This document shows, one piece after another, positions 38,446-49,620 of a stretch of 64,000 bases of DNA. The notes under the pieces were generated by a model, which worked only from the letters and a program-made list of their open reading frames with translations, ran no database searches and was not told the DNA's origin. Location: the NCBI RefSeq assembly GCF_001194135.2, contig NC_068989.1:10580111-10644110 (forward strand). Direction: 5' to 3'. The position numbers and the translations under genes are program-made. This DNA comes from Octopus bimaculoides. Taxonomy: Eukaryota. The number at the start of each line of letters is the position of its first letter. The stretch's first letter is position 1.

Positions 38446-39824
38446 CTTGTCTTCCGTTTCCCAATTATTAGATTTCTTGGTCTTTTTTCTTCTTTATGTT
38501 ATATGAATTTCTCTATATTCAACTTTTTACGTCTTATCTGCACCAGTAGCTCACAGAAGCTACCCCATTTATCAATTAAATAATATGCTCTGTAAAATTC
38601 CTTAAACATCACATCCTGTCTCTCCTCAGTGTGCGCATTATTGTAATTTTCCTTTATTGCATGCTTGATCACCCGTAACGTATGTCTCAATGGAATAACC
38701 ACATGTGTCGATATATATATAGATATATGTAAATATCCTAATTTCTAATTTGTTGTTATCTTTGTTTCTGTCGTATCTATTTCTTTTACGTGTGTCTCTG
38801 TATGTGTGTGTTATATTTCTGTTTATGCTGTTGTTATCGATGACTGCCTGTTTAATAGGTTATGTTATTAGTTCAACAGTCGAATAATACTGTTAGAGGG
38901 GAAAAAAAACTTCGACCAGAGCAACAATAATCACAACGACAACAGGTTTACAAGTTAAGACAGACAGTATATATATAGGTGTGTGTGTGTGTGTGTGTGT
39001 GTTGCATAAGGAAAACAGGTTGTCAAAATAATAAAAAAGTTAGTTGTGTTACATTGTAAGTGTGAAGGTGTGGGTGTCTAAGCGTGTATAAATTTGGAAA
39101 TATATGTGCGTCTAGATATTTAAAACATGAGTGTTAGGAGATTTGCATGTATGTGTGTTATATTTGCATGTTCTTTATAAAATATGTTAACGAAAGTGTG
39201 AGAGAGCACATGGGTGCCGATTAGTTTTCAGACATACACAAAAGAAGGCTGAAACACATGATCATATACATATACACACACTTCTCACACAAGGATACAT
39301 ATTAAGATACACAACCATACATCCAGACGCACATACGTAGTCACACAAACCCATACATATAGAGACACTCAACATGCACACACAAGGAGACAGGTACACA
39401 CACACACACATGAACACACAAACACATGGAGACATGAATATGCAGAATACATACATACAAACGTACACACACACACACACACATATGCATACACACTCAT
39501 ACATACATACACACACATACATACGTACGTACATACATACATACATACATACATACATAATTACGTACGTACGTACATACATACATGCATACATGCATAC
39601 ACATACATATGTGTATACACATGCACACTGACGCATACACATACACACACACAAACAAACAAACAAAAGGAATGCAGCCCCGACAACAGAGTCAACGACT
39701 ACTGAAAAAGTTGCAAGAAGCAGCGAAAATTTTGGAAATAATAAATAAGTAAATGAGTGGAAATCGAGCCGGTGCGTGTGTTAAATAACAAGCCATTAAA
39801 ACAGAATGGCTCTCCCCAGACAGA

Positions 39825-39860
<36 letters not shown>

Positions 39861-40605
39861 TATATATATAAAAGATAATAGGAGTGAAAAAACTACAGAA
39901 GGCTTGTGTTACATGGTTAAAGTATATATTTACATTATGTCAGAAAAATGTTAGAAAAATGTTATAAAATCTTTTTGGTATATAAACATTGTATTTTGAG
40001 AAATAACCGGTTTCGTGTTGTCTTTTCAAATTTCTCTACTTCATTGTAACGTGTTCGCTCCAGTCATATATATTAGACATACACCTATATGTATACATAT
40101 ACATACATATCTACACCCATATATACATCCATCGTTCCGTCTGTCTTTTTAAGTATTTTGAATGTATTTTTAAATGTAAGTACTGCAAACTCACTTTTCA
40201 GACGCGTGTTCTATAGAGTTACTTCCCTTGCACGAAAGACGCTGAAAGATATCACAAAAATAATCTTTCATAAAGATTATATAGTTGTTAAAGCGGCGAG
40301 CTGGCAGAATCGTTAGCACGCCGGGCGAAATGCTTAGCGGTATTTCGTCTGCCTCTACGTTCTCAGTTCAAATTCCGCCGAGGCCGACTTTGCTTTTCAT
40401 CCTTTCGGGGTCGATAAATTAAGTACCAGTTACGCACTGTGGTCGATGTAATCTGCTTAATTCCTTTGTCTGTCTTTGTTTGTCCCCTCTATGTTTAGCC
40501 CCTTGNNNNNNNNNNNNNNNNNNNNNNNNNNNNNNNNNNNNNNNNNNNNNNNNNNNNNNNNNNNNNNNNNNNNNNNNNNNNNNNNNNNNNNNNNNNNNNN
40601 NNNNN

Positions 40606-40636
<31 letters not shown>

Positions 40637-41026
40637 GACGGGCTTCTTTCCGTTTATAGTGTGTGTGTGTGTGTGTGTGTGTATTCGTAGTTCAATAGCT
40701 CTACGTACACAGTAGATAACATGGTCTACGATATTAATTCAAAAACTGCTTTTAGGCGAGGGACTCACAACAGAGTCACGATTTGTAAACACCTGTTAAT
40801 TCATATGCGTCTACCACAAAAGCTATTTCTAATCATTTTGTGGTAATATTACCACTTTAAGGATTAGATGCATATAAATTAATAGGTGTTTACAAATCGT
40901 GTCTCTGTTGTAAGACACACACACACACTCACGTATATGTATGATTCATGTAATAATGCCTCAACGAGTAGAAAAAACTTTCGATCATCTAAGAGAGTAA
41001 AGATAATTTTATGATAAAAATACGCG

Positions 41027-41081
<55 letters not shown>

Positions 41082-42875
41082 NNNNNNNNNNNNNNNNNNN
41101 NNNNNNNNNNNNNNNNNNNNNNNNNNNNNNNNNNNNNNNNNNNNNNNNNNNNNNNNNNNNNNNNNNNNNNNNNNNNNNNNNNNNNNNNNNNNNNNNNNNN
41201 NNNNNNNNNNNNNNNNNNNNNNNNNNNNNNNNNNNNNNNNNNNNNNNNNNNNNNNNNNNNNNNNNNNNNNNNNNNNNNNNNNNNNNNNNNNNNNNNNNNN
41301 NNNNNNNNNNNNNNNNNNNNNNNNNNNNNNNNNNNNNNNNNNNNNNNNNNNNNNNNNNNNNNNNNNNNNNNNNNNNNNNNNNNNNNNNNNNNNNNNNNNN
41401 NNNNNNNNNNNNNNNNNNNNNNNNNNNNNNNNNNNNNNNNNNNNNNNNNNNNNNNNNNNNNNNNNNNNNNNNNNNNNNNNNNNNNNNNNNNNNNNNNNNN
41501 NNNNNNNNNNNNNNNNNNNNNNNNNNNNNNNNNNNNNNNNNNNNNNNNNNNNNNNNNNNNNNNACACACACACACAATACACACAGATACACAGATACAC
41601 AACATGTGTATTAATATTGGCTTGTCAACACTTTCATTTATCAATCTCTTGAATTTATCAACATTGCATGCATGACAAGAGTGCGTATGCTTTGTGAAAT
41701 TGCTTTCTATATAATCTTTAGTACGTACCTGGTGACGTATCAAAAGTAATAGTTAAATTTACTGTTCTGTGTATGTGTGCCTGTGTGTGTGTGTATTTGA
41801 GTGTGTGTGTGGCTATGTTTGCGTATCTGTGTACCTGTAAAAAATGTAAACATCTTAACAAGTGGCGCTTGTTTTGTTGTTGCTGTCATTTGAGTTTAAT
41901 CTCAGTCAACCGTGAACGGGTAGACATTATGACCAATGTGTTCCATATTCAAAGCAATGGTTGTGATTTAAGGTATGTTTAGCTACTATTTCAGCTTATC
42001 TAGCTATCAGCAATGGCTCTCTTCTATCTATATGTACTTGGTATGGAAATAATTCTTGCTACAACTATGATAGCCTCCAACACTATTATCTCGAGGGCCT
42101 CGAGGACCAGTGGGAAGGGGGGAAGGATGGAATCCACAACCCGAAGTCCAGCTCCAATGTGTGCAACTGCTCGGGCCCCACTAAAGACACTGACGGTGCC
42201 AGGTGGTGGTCGTACACTGTACCACGGATTAAATCTATCACCCAAGTAAGCCACGGCGGAATTTGAACTCAGGACGCTAATAACCGAAATAAATATTGCA
42301 AGGAATCCACTCTAAAGTTCTTACAGCGTCACCATTCAAATGCTCAGTGTTGCTGCGTTATTTTTTATCAACTTAGAATGAATGAGAGACGACGTTAACC
42401 TCGGCAGAATTTGAACTCAGAGCGACTACTATCAGAACAAATAACACAAGCCTCGCTAAACTAAATTTCAGCATTTGTTGTTGCTGCTGTTGTTTCTGTT
42501 GTTCTTATGTTTTAGTTTCAGGTCAACACTCTTCATGGCGGACTTTGATGAAAGCCGCTCCGGTCTTTGTTTTATGTATATTAAAGCCAATGTTGTCCAA
42601 CAAATTGTTGTTTTGTTTAAAACGTTATGTTGCCATAAATAGCAATCATGTATACCACAAAACACAAGGCGCAATTATAAATAAAGGACTATTTATTAGA
42701 CAATATAGATCCTGATATACTTAAAACAAACGATAGGATGGTCAAAACTAGAACAGCCTTGTTCATTGATACCCTCGGAGAGTGTGAACCGGAAACTAAA
42801 CAAGAAAAGTACATTGCTTACATTATTTACATTATTTACATTCGACGTATATTTGTCATCATCTTGTTTGTTGTT

Positions 42876-42921
42876 AACACAACGTTTCGGCTGATATACC
42901 CTCCAGCCTTCTTCAGGTGTC
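42876..42921 (-). ncRNA. Putative minimal type-I hammerhead ribozyme (core intact)
   Basis: GACAC-CUGAAGA-A-GGCUG..CAGCC-GAA-ACGU-U-GUGUU. Stem I, 5-bp stem II, ACGU palindrome, GUU triplet. Confidence 0.65.
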
Positions 42922-43156
42922 TTGGGGAAATTTCGAACCTGGGTTCTCATTCCTAAGGTATGCCCGTGGGCATATGGCGTAGTGGTTAAGAGCGCGGGCT
43001 ACTAACCCGAAGATTCCGAGTTCGATTGCAAGCAGTGACCTGAACAATAACAATCACAACAACAACAACAACAACAACAACAATAATAATAATAATAATA
43101 ATAATAACATCGAAAAATACCTTAGGAATGAGAACCCAGGTTCGAAATTTCCCCAA

Positions 43157-43202
43157 GACACCTGATGAAGGCTGGGGGGTATATCAGCCGAAACGCTGTG
43201 TT
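43157..43202 (+). ncRNA. Putative minimal hammerhead ribozyme (U16.1->C)
   Basis: GACAC-CUGAUGA-A-GGCUG..CAGCC-GAA-ACGC-U-GUGUU. Confidence 0.55.
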
Positions 43203-44728
43203 ATCAACAAACAAGATGAGGACAAATATCCGTCAAATGTAAATAATGTACATAATTCCGCATCTCTTAAATATAGAACTGTAAGAAAAGTACAACAACA
43301 ACAACAACAACAAATATAACAACAGCGTCAACAAATGCGGTGAATTGGCTTAATCGTTAGAGTTGCCATAAGGCCCCTGCCGAGATTCGAAACACCGCCC
43401 GAGTTGTTACAAAGCACACGCACACACACACACACGCATACACACACACACGTACGCGCGCGCGCTCACTCGCACAAGTGGAAGCCACCATAAGCACTCC
43501 ACCCTGTGGTCGGGCTATTAGGTTACAAAGTCATGTGATTAACTGAACTCATGCAAGTGTGCGCATTGGAATATCTATGTATAAATCAAACAGGTTATCT
43601 GTTAACGTGAACATGTAAGAGCGTTCGTGTGTGGCTTTATTCAACTTGGTGTGAATCACGACCTGTAAAGAGGCGTAAAGACGCAATTGATACCCGATCG
43701 TTTTGTGAGCATCAATAGGTGTGAGTTTTAGAACTTATATGTTGAGTGCCTGTCAACAGTGTGTATACCTCGCTGAAATTTTTCCTATCATGCCTGTATT
43801 AATTTTGTGACTATTCCGTGGCATAGAAGTATAGGTGATCGCTCTATAAATAACAAGCAAGACTTCCACAAACCACGACTCATTATTTTAAGCAAAAGAA
43901 CAATTTGTTGGACTCATTGGCTTTGATATACTTAAAACAAACGACGGGATGGTCAAGACCGGAGCGGATTTCCTTATTGACTGTCTCGAAGCTAAACAAG
44001 AACAATGCAGCAAATTAGTCTAGCAGTTAAAGTTGTAGCGAGGCTTGTGTTATTTGTTCTGATATTAGTCGCTCTGAGTTCAAATTCTGCCGAGGTTAAC
44101 TTCGTCTTTCATTCATTCGGAGTTGATAAAAAATAACGCAGCAACACTGAGCATTTGAATGGTGACGCTGTAAGAACTTTAGAGTGGATTCCTTGCAATA
44201 TTTATTTCGGTTATTAGCGTCCTGAGTTCAAATTCCGCCGTTGCCTACTTGGGTGGTAGATTTAATCCGTGGTATAGTGCACGACCACCACCTGGCACCG
44301 TCAGTGTCTTTAGTGGGGCCCGAGCAGTTGCACACATTGGAGCTGGACTTCGGGTTGTAGATTCCATCCTTTCCCCCTTCCCACTGGTCTTCGAGGCTCT
44401 CGAGACACTAGTGTTGGAGGCAGTCGTAGTTGTAGCAAGGATTATTTCCACACCAAGTACATACAGATAGAAGAGAGCCATTGCTGATAGCTAGACAAGC
44501 TGAAATAGTAGCTAAACATACCTTAAATCACAACCATAGAGTTGAATCTATATATATAAAACATATTTGTGTCTGTGCATCTGTGTGTCTGTGTGTGTGT
44601 GTGTATGGTCGTCATGCATTTCCACATTTCAACCGATTTCTCTCAATCTTGACACACTGATAGCTTATGCTCCAAGGGTGGTCATGGCATACTTTATATT
44701 TTCCAGACGCCTCGCGTATAACCAAAAA

Positions 44729-45240
44729 CCGCGAATAACTGTACAGAAAACCAGTTTTTTGCCTATAACTCTCTGGTTTTTCGAGCGATTTCCTCGAAAT
44801 TTGACACGAATATTACGCATAATATAAGAATTGCTTTGCTTAAAATTTTTCGTCAAAGTCATCTGCGTTAATTGTAAAAAATCCGCGAATAACTGCGTTA
44901 AATCGTTTTTTTTTTACTAATAACTTCCGCAGTTTCCAACTGATTCGCTCCAAATTTGGTATAAACATTACTCATGCTTTAAGAATTGTTTTAAACTTAT
45001 GTTTTTGTAAAGAGAATCCGCATTGAGTGGAAAAAGTCTGCGAATAATTAACGTAAAATTCGTATTTTTTTTGCCAATAACTTCCGCAGTTCCAAAACCG
45101 ATCCGCTCCAAATTTGGCAATAATATTACTCATGCTTAATTGACTGTTTTAGACGAATGTTTTGTCAAGTTCATTCGCATTAAATTTGCAATTTACTGGA
45201 TTAAACTTGGTTTTTTACTTACAACTTCTGCCGTTTACTC
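44729..45240. repeat. About 155-bp tandem subrepeat x3.3 inside the Helitron
   Basis: (C/T)GCGAATAA(C/T)T at 44729, 44883 and 45039, each followed by ATAACT...GAT..(C)AAATTTG. Confidence 0.75.
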
Positions 45241-45686
45241 ACGCGCCAAGGATTGTGGGGCAGTTTTACCTCGCTGATTTGATCTGTGTACATTAGTGTT
45301 TACTTACCCCCTGCCTATTATCACCCCATTATCCCTCCCCGACTTCAGCATAAATTTTCTTTAATTACCCTCCGCTCATGGTATGATAACACGGGGTGGA
45401 CTGCGAGTATGACCTCTGACCTATGCGCGTGAACATTATTGATTGCCCGCTGTAATGAGGCCTTCCAATTAATTCTTTGACTGATTTTCATTGGTAGAAT
45501 ACTGTTCCTTTGATCATGCCAGTGTCAAATCGTAATTACTGATGCGCTTTTGTACACATCTGATACGTGTTTCAGCTTACAGGCTAGGCCTACTATTTGA
45601 CGTACATTATTACTTTAACTTCATACTTCCTGTTGAAATTTTTCGTTGTTCCCATACTCAAGTTAACTCCTTTATAATGTTGCCGC

Positions 45687-46202
45687 GGATCTAGTTCAAA
45701 ACGGGGGCACCAGTTTTCATTTATGTTTTATGTAGTGTTTTTGGTACCGAAAGACTTTCAAACTTCGTATACTTATCTATTTTGTGTTATAGAACAGAAA
45801 AAAATTTTTGTATTCGAATTAATTTCATGTAAAAAATTGTCTTATTTCGATAATTTCAACCAATCACTGACAAGTATTCAACTGTTTACAGTTATTCCTT
45901 TGGCAGTTTAAGCGGTGTAAAGCGTATTTAATCTCCATTNNNNNNNNNNTATCACCGCCAGAATCGTTTGAGAATCGTTTGTTTACGTAGTCAGCACTTA
46001 CTGTATTCGGCTGAATGGACGTCAGTCATTGGTTGAAATTACAGAAATACGACAACTTTAACATGAAATAAATTGCAATATAATAATTTTTCTTAAGAAG
46101 ACTAAGAGAAAAAGATGTTTTATATGACACATTCTACCAGTGTCCCAAGTTTCAAAGTGTTTCGTTAAGAAAATACTGGTGCCCCCGTTTTGAACTAGAT
46201 CC
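45687..46202. mobile_element. Merlin-like MITE, copy 1
   Basis: Perfect 28-bp TIR GGATCTAGTTCAAAACGGGGGCACCAGT, 8-bp TSD GTTGCCGC. GG termini with an 8-bp TSD fit the Merlin superfamily. Confidence 0.85.
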
Positions 46203-46422
46203 GTTGCCGCCTATCAGCTTTTAGCTTACGTGTCGTTAAAAAATAAATATTGTATTCAGTGTCTTTGTTTCCACATAGATAACTGTCTGCACCTGCTGCC
46301 ACCTTTTTTGAATAATGTTTAATAGGTTCACTTTTTGTATATCCTGCCAAATTTGTTTTTCAGTCTCACCTTTTGCCCGTTTTATAAAACTCGCAATTTA
46401 AATATAGTCCAATACTATCGCC

Positions 46423-46620
46423 ATGCCGCCTGCCTAAGAAAAAACGAGCCTTGGTCGTAAAACAGAGTCTGCTTCGGCTATCACAAGAAGGAGGGCGAGC
46501 CATGTTTCTCTAATGGCCAGTTATACTTCGTATGTGCTAGAGTTGGAAGCAAACAAAATCTATTCGTACTTGCCCCTAATGGCAAAACGAAAAATGTGGT
46601 CTACAGAGAAGTGTTGTTAG
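46423..46620 (+). pseudogene. Helitron RepHel remnant: N-terminal stub fused to the PIF1 helicase C-terminus
   Basis: EPCFSNGQLYFVCARVGSKQNLFVLAPNGKTKNVVYREVL (46497-46620) matches the recalled Helitron helicase end (FSHGQLYVA.SRV...T.N.VY.EVL). It is preceded, out of frame, by KTSLGRKTESASAITRRRA. Confidence 0.82.
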
Positions 46621-47032
46621 CACTTCACGCGCCAACTGCTTTCAAATTCGTGAACCTCTGTGCCTCCACTACACCAGTAAAACCTTGCAGACCTGATATG
46701 TGGTAAGTGAGTGCTACTGTAGTCATGCTTTCACAGTTAATAACTTTCTTCAACCATGTTTCTTTTCCTTTGTCCAGCCTAAGTTTGTCATCTGTTTTCA
46801 CAGAGTTTCACATTTCCCAGCAATAGTTCCGTTGCTTTCAGTGTAAACGAAAAAAAAAAAATCCCTTTTCAGGGCCACTTTACATACGATCATTACACCA
46901 CCCGAGAACGCATTACAGCCCTTTTCAGGGCTTCTCATCAAATTGTTACTGCTGTGAGAACGACAAAAAAGCCCTTTGCAGGGCTACTTCACCCGTGATT
47001 GTTACACCCCCTGAGAACGCATTAAAGCCCTT

Positions 47033-47601
47033 GGATCTTTTTTAAAACGGGGGCCACATTTTTCATTAACGAAACACTTTGAAACTTGGAACACTGGTAG
47101 AATGTGTCATATAAAACATCTTTTTCTCTTAGTCTTCTTAAAAAAAAAGAAATCCATAAGTTATTCCATGTGAAAGTTGTCGTATTTCTGTAATTTCAAC
47201 CAATCACTGACGTCCATTCAGCCGATATACATTAAGTGCCGACTACATAAACAGACGATTCTGAAACAATTAACCCTAACCCTAACCCTAGGGTTAGGGT
47301 TAGGGTTAGGGTTAAAGCAAATTTAAAATGAAAAAAAGCAAATAAAACGAAGGTATGGAGATTAAATACGCTTTACATCGCTTAATCAGCCAAAGAAGTA
47401 AATATAAACAACTGAATACAGTGATTGGTTGAAATTATCGAAATAAGACAATTTTTTACATGAAATAAATTCGAATACAAAAATATTTTTCTGTTCTATA
47501 ATACAAAATAGATAAGTATACGAAGTTTGAAAGTCTTTCGGTCCCAAAAACACTACGTAAAACATTAATGAAAAATGTGGCCCCCGTTTTAAAATAGATC
47601 C
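47033..47601. mobile_element. Merlin-like MITE, copy 2 (opposite orientation) with a central telomeric palindrome
   Basis: TIR GGATCT.TTTTAAAACGGGGGCCACATTTTTCATTAA, 8-bp TSD AAGCCCTT, and (TAACCC)3TA(GGGTTA)4 at 47271-47314. Confidence 0.87.
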
Positions 47602-48720
47602 AAGCCCTTTTCAGGATTTCGTATCAGACTGTTACCGTTCGGATTGAGCGGTACCCGACGACCAATTTTGTTACAATTTGCGACAATTTTGTTACAATTT
47701 TTTTACAATAAGCGATCAATTTTGTTACAATTTGGTGTTAGCGTTATTTATGCCAGGAAATTTACTAAGTGTCAAAAACGTAGTATTTGAACCCCGAGCG
47801 ACGCCGGGTACTTCTGCTAGTATGGAATACATCATAATCATACAATCATAATCTCTGCCAATTCACGGATGACTGAGATTAAACTCAAATGACAGCAACA
47901 AAAGCAACTGCAAAACAAGTACCAACAGTTAGGTTGTTTACAACATTTTTCAGAGGCACGTATATACACAAACATAGCCACACACGCACTCAAATACACA
48001 AACACAGAGCAGTAAATTTAACTATTACTTTTGACTTCTCACCTGGTACGTACTAAAGATTATATAGAAAGCAATTTCACAAAACATATACACTCTTGAC
48101 ATGCATGCAATGTTGATATATTCAAGCGATTGATAAATGAAAGTGTTGGAACGCCTATTGTTATGTAATTAACATAACGACACTATTAATAAACATATGT
48201 CGTATAAACACTGTGGCTCTGCTATAAGTTTATATGCACTCAATTCTTGTGTTTGTGTGTGTGTATGTTTATCTATCTATATATTTTAAAATTCTTTAAA
48301 TTTATTTATTTATTTTATTTACGTTTTATTATTATTATTACTTATGTTTTATATTTTTAGAATTAAAAATTTTTTTAAATGTAAAAAGTTCTTTAATTTG
48401 CCTAAATTTTAATTTCTTTAAGTTTTATTTTTAATCCTTAATTTGTTTTAATGTTTTAATTTTCTAAAATTCTTTTAATTTAATTTAATTTAAAATTATA
48501 TTTGGCCTTCAATTTTAATTGGCTTTTAAAATAACTCTGATTTGATTTCATTATCGGAGTAATGGGCATTCAAAAAGTATAGAAATGTATGAATGAAGAG
48601 ATTCAAATTAAGGAAGTCCAATAATAATGTTTAGCAGTTCAAAACTGTGAGTAGTGAAATGCAGAATTAGGTCGGCTGATCGTGAGAATCAAATATTGAT
48701 CGCTTCGCTAAAAACTGAAG

Positions 48721-49150
48721 GTGGTATGGGTTATTTCCTTTGGGTTGTTTAAATAAAATATTAGTAATATGTAGTAGATAGGAGGACCCTATTACCGATT
48801 TTTTTCAACAATCTAAATATGTCACAATGTTTCCAGACATGAGTTCTACTCACATGTCAAATAAAGTAAAAAAGTGATATTGTCTGCAAAAATTAGAAAT
48901 TGGACACACAAAAAATCAATATTCAAAGTAATCGAACATAAACAATGAAATGCGTTATTTCTCTTGAGTGTTTAAAAATATTGTGCAAGTGGTATGGGTT
49001 ATTTCCCTTGGATGTTTTTTTTAAATTAGTTATATGAGGTAGATATAAAGGTCCCTTCTAGGGGCCGTATTATGGGCTTTTTCAACAACCTAAGTATGTC
49101 ACGAGGTTTCCAGACATGAGTTCTACTCACGTGTCAAGTTTCATCAAAAT
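48721..49150. repeat. About 270-bp direct repeat x2
   Basis: GTGGTATGGGTTATTTCC...GTTTCCAGACATGAGTTCTACTCAC.TGTCAA at about 48721 and 48990. Confidence 0.75.
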
Positions 49151-49199
49151 CAATAAAACAATATCACCACTACTACTTATCGACTTATCGATCGTAAGT

Positions 49200-49620
49200 T
49201 CATTCCGGGATCATCATCACAATTCAAATTCTGGAGTCGTGCAGGTTTGCTTTGCCATGTAGGAAAACCTCGCACTCACACCTCACCACTCCAATTAGAT
49301 CCAACGGCTGGCTCTCTCAACTGTCACTTCGGTTTCTTTCAAGATGGTGTTTGCTTGACAATCTCAATCTGGTACCAAATCTTTTACATCCAACTTCTAC
49401 AGGAAAGTATACTACACTCTAACCAGCATGTTTAGAATCTTCTAATTGTGTCTCATAACGCTTGTCTTTCCTAGCCGGAACAGCATCAATATTGTCCCCA
49501 TGTGGGACAGTTAATTCAACAAGGTATATCATCTTGCGTTCTTCACACCAGGTTACCATATCAGGCTTCTTTTTTGGTATTGGAAAGAGATGTTCATAGC
49601 CTAAAAGATGTCATCTCACA
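49200..49620 (-). mobile_element. RLE-type LINE 3' fragment (HERO/NeSL-like endonuclease)
   Basis: KKPDMVTWCEERKMIYLVELTVPHGDNIDAVPARKDKRYE...*SVVYFPVEVGCKRF. Confidence 0.75.

Larger units (their letters stand above)
42814..43282 (+). mobile_element. tRNA-headed SINE with a hammerhead-type tail and an inverted partial 5' copy
   Basis: 12-bp TSD AAGAAAAGTACA (42802-42813 / 43283-43294). A-box 42975-42985, B-box 43018-43027. 42814-42960 is an inverted copy of about 43118-43250. Confidence 0.85.
44547..47820 (+). mobile_element. Non-autonomous, internally deleted Helitron (3274 bp)
   Basis: 5' TC(TATATATATAAAA), 3' CTAG preceded by a GC hairpin (47791-47809), inserted between A and T with no TSD. 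Contains a RepHel remnant. The empty site is visible at 41947/41948. Confidence 0.93.
41590..48200. repeat. Inverted segmental duplication: arm L about 41590-42630, arm R about 43885-48200 (interrupted by the Helitron)
   Basis: 41957-42455 is the reverse complement of 44037-44537 at about 90%. 41590-41947 is the reverse complement of 47821-48200. Confidence 0.9.

Noticed and set aside
38499-38702. 67-aa ORF just upstream of exon 1
   Set aside because: Non-ATG start and no recognisable motif. It could be 5' UTR or promoter sequence, but nothing supports a coding call.
39262-39666. ORFs rich in CV/HT/YI/LS repeats throughout the window
   Set aside because: These are translations of (CA)n, (TA)n, (TATC)n and (TATG)n microsatellites.
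42013-42254. Overlapping ORFs repeated at 44245-44481
   Set aside because: They reflect the inverted duplication, have no recognisable domain, and start at non-ATG codons in some frames.
47271-47314. Chromosome-fusion or true telomere signature
   Set aside because: Only 44 bp long and enclosed within a MITE that has TIRs and a TSD.
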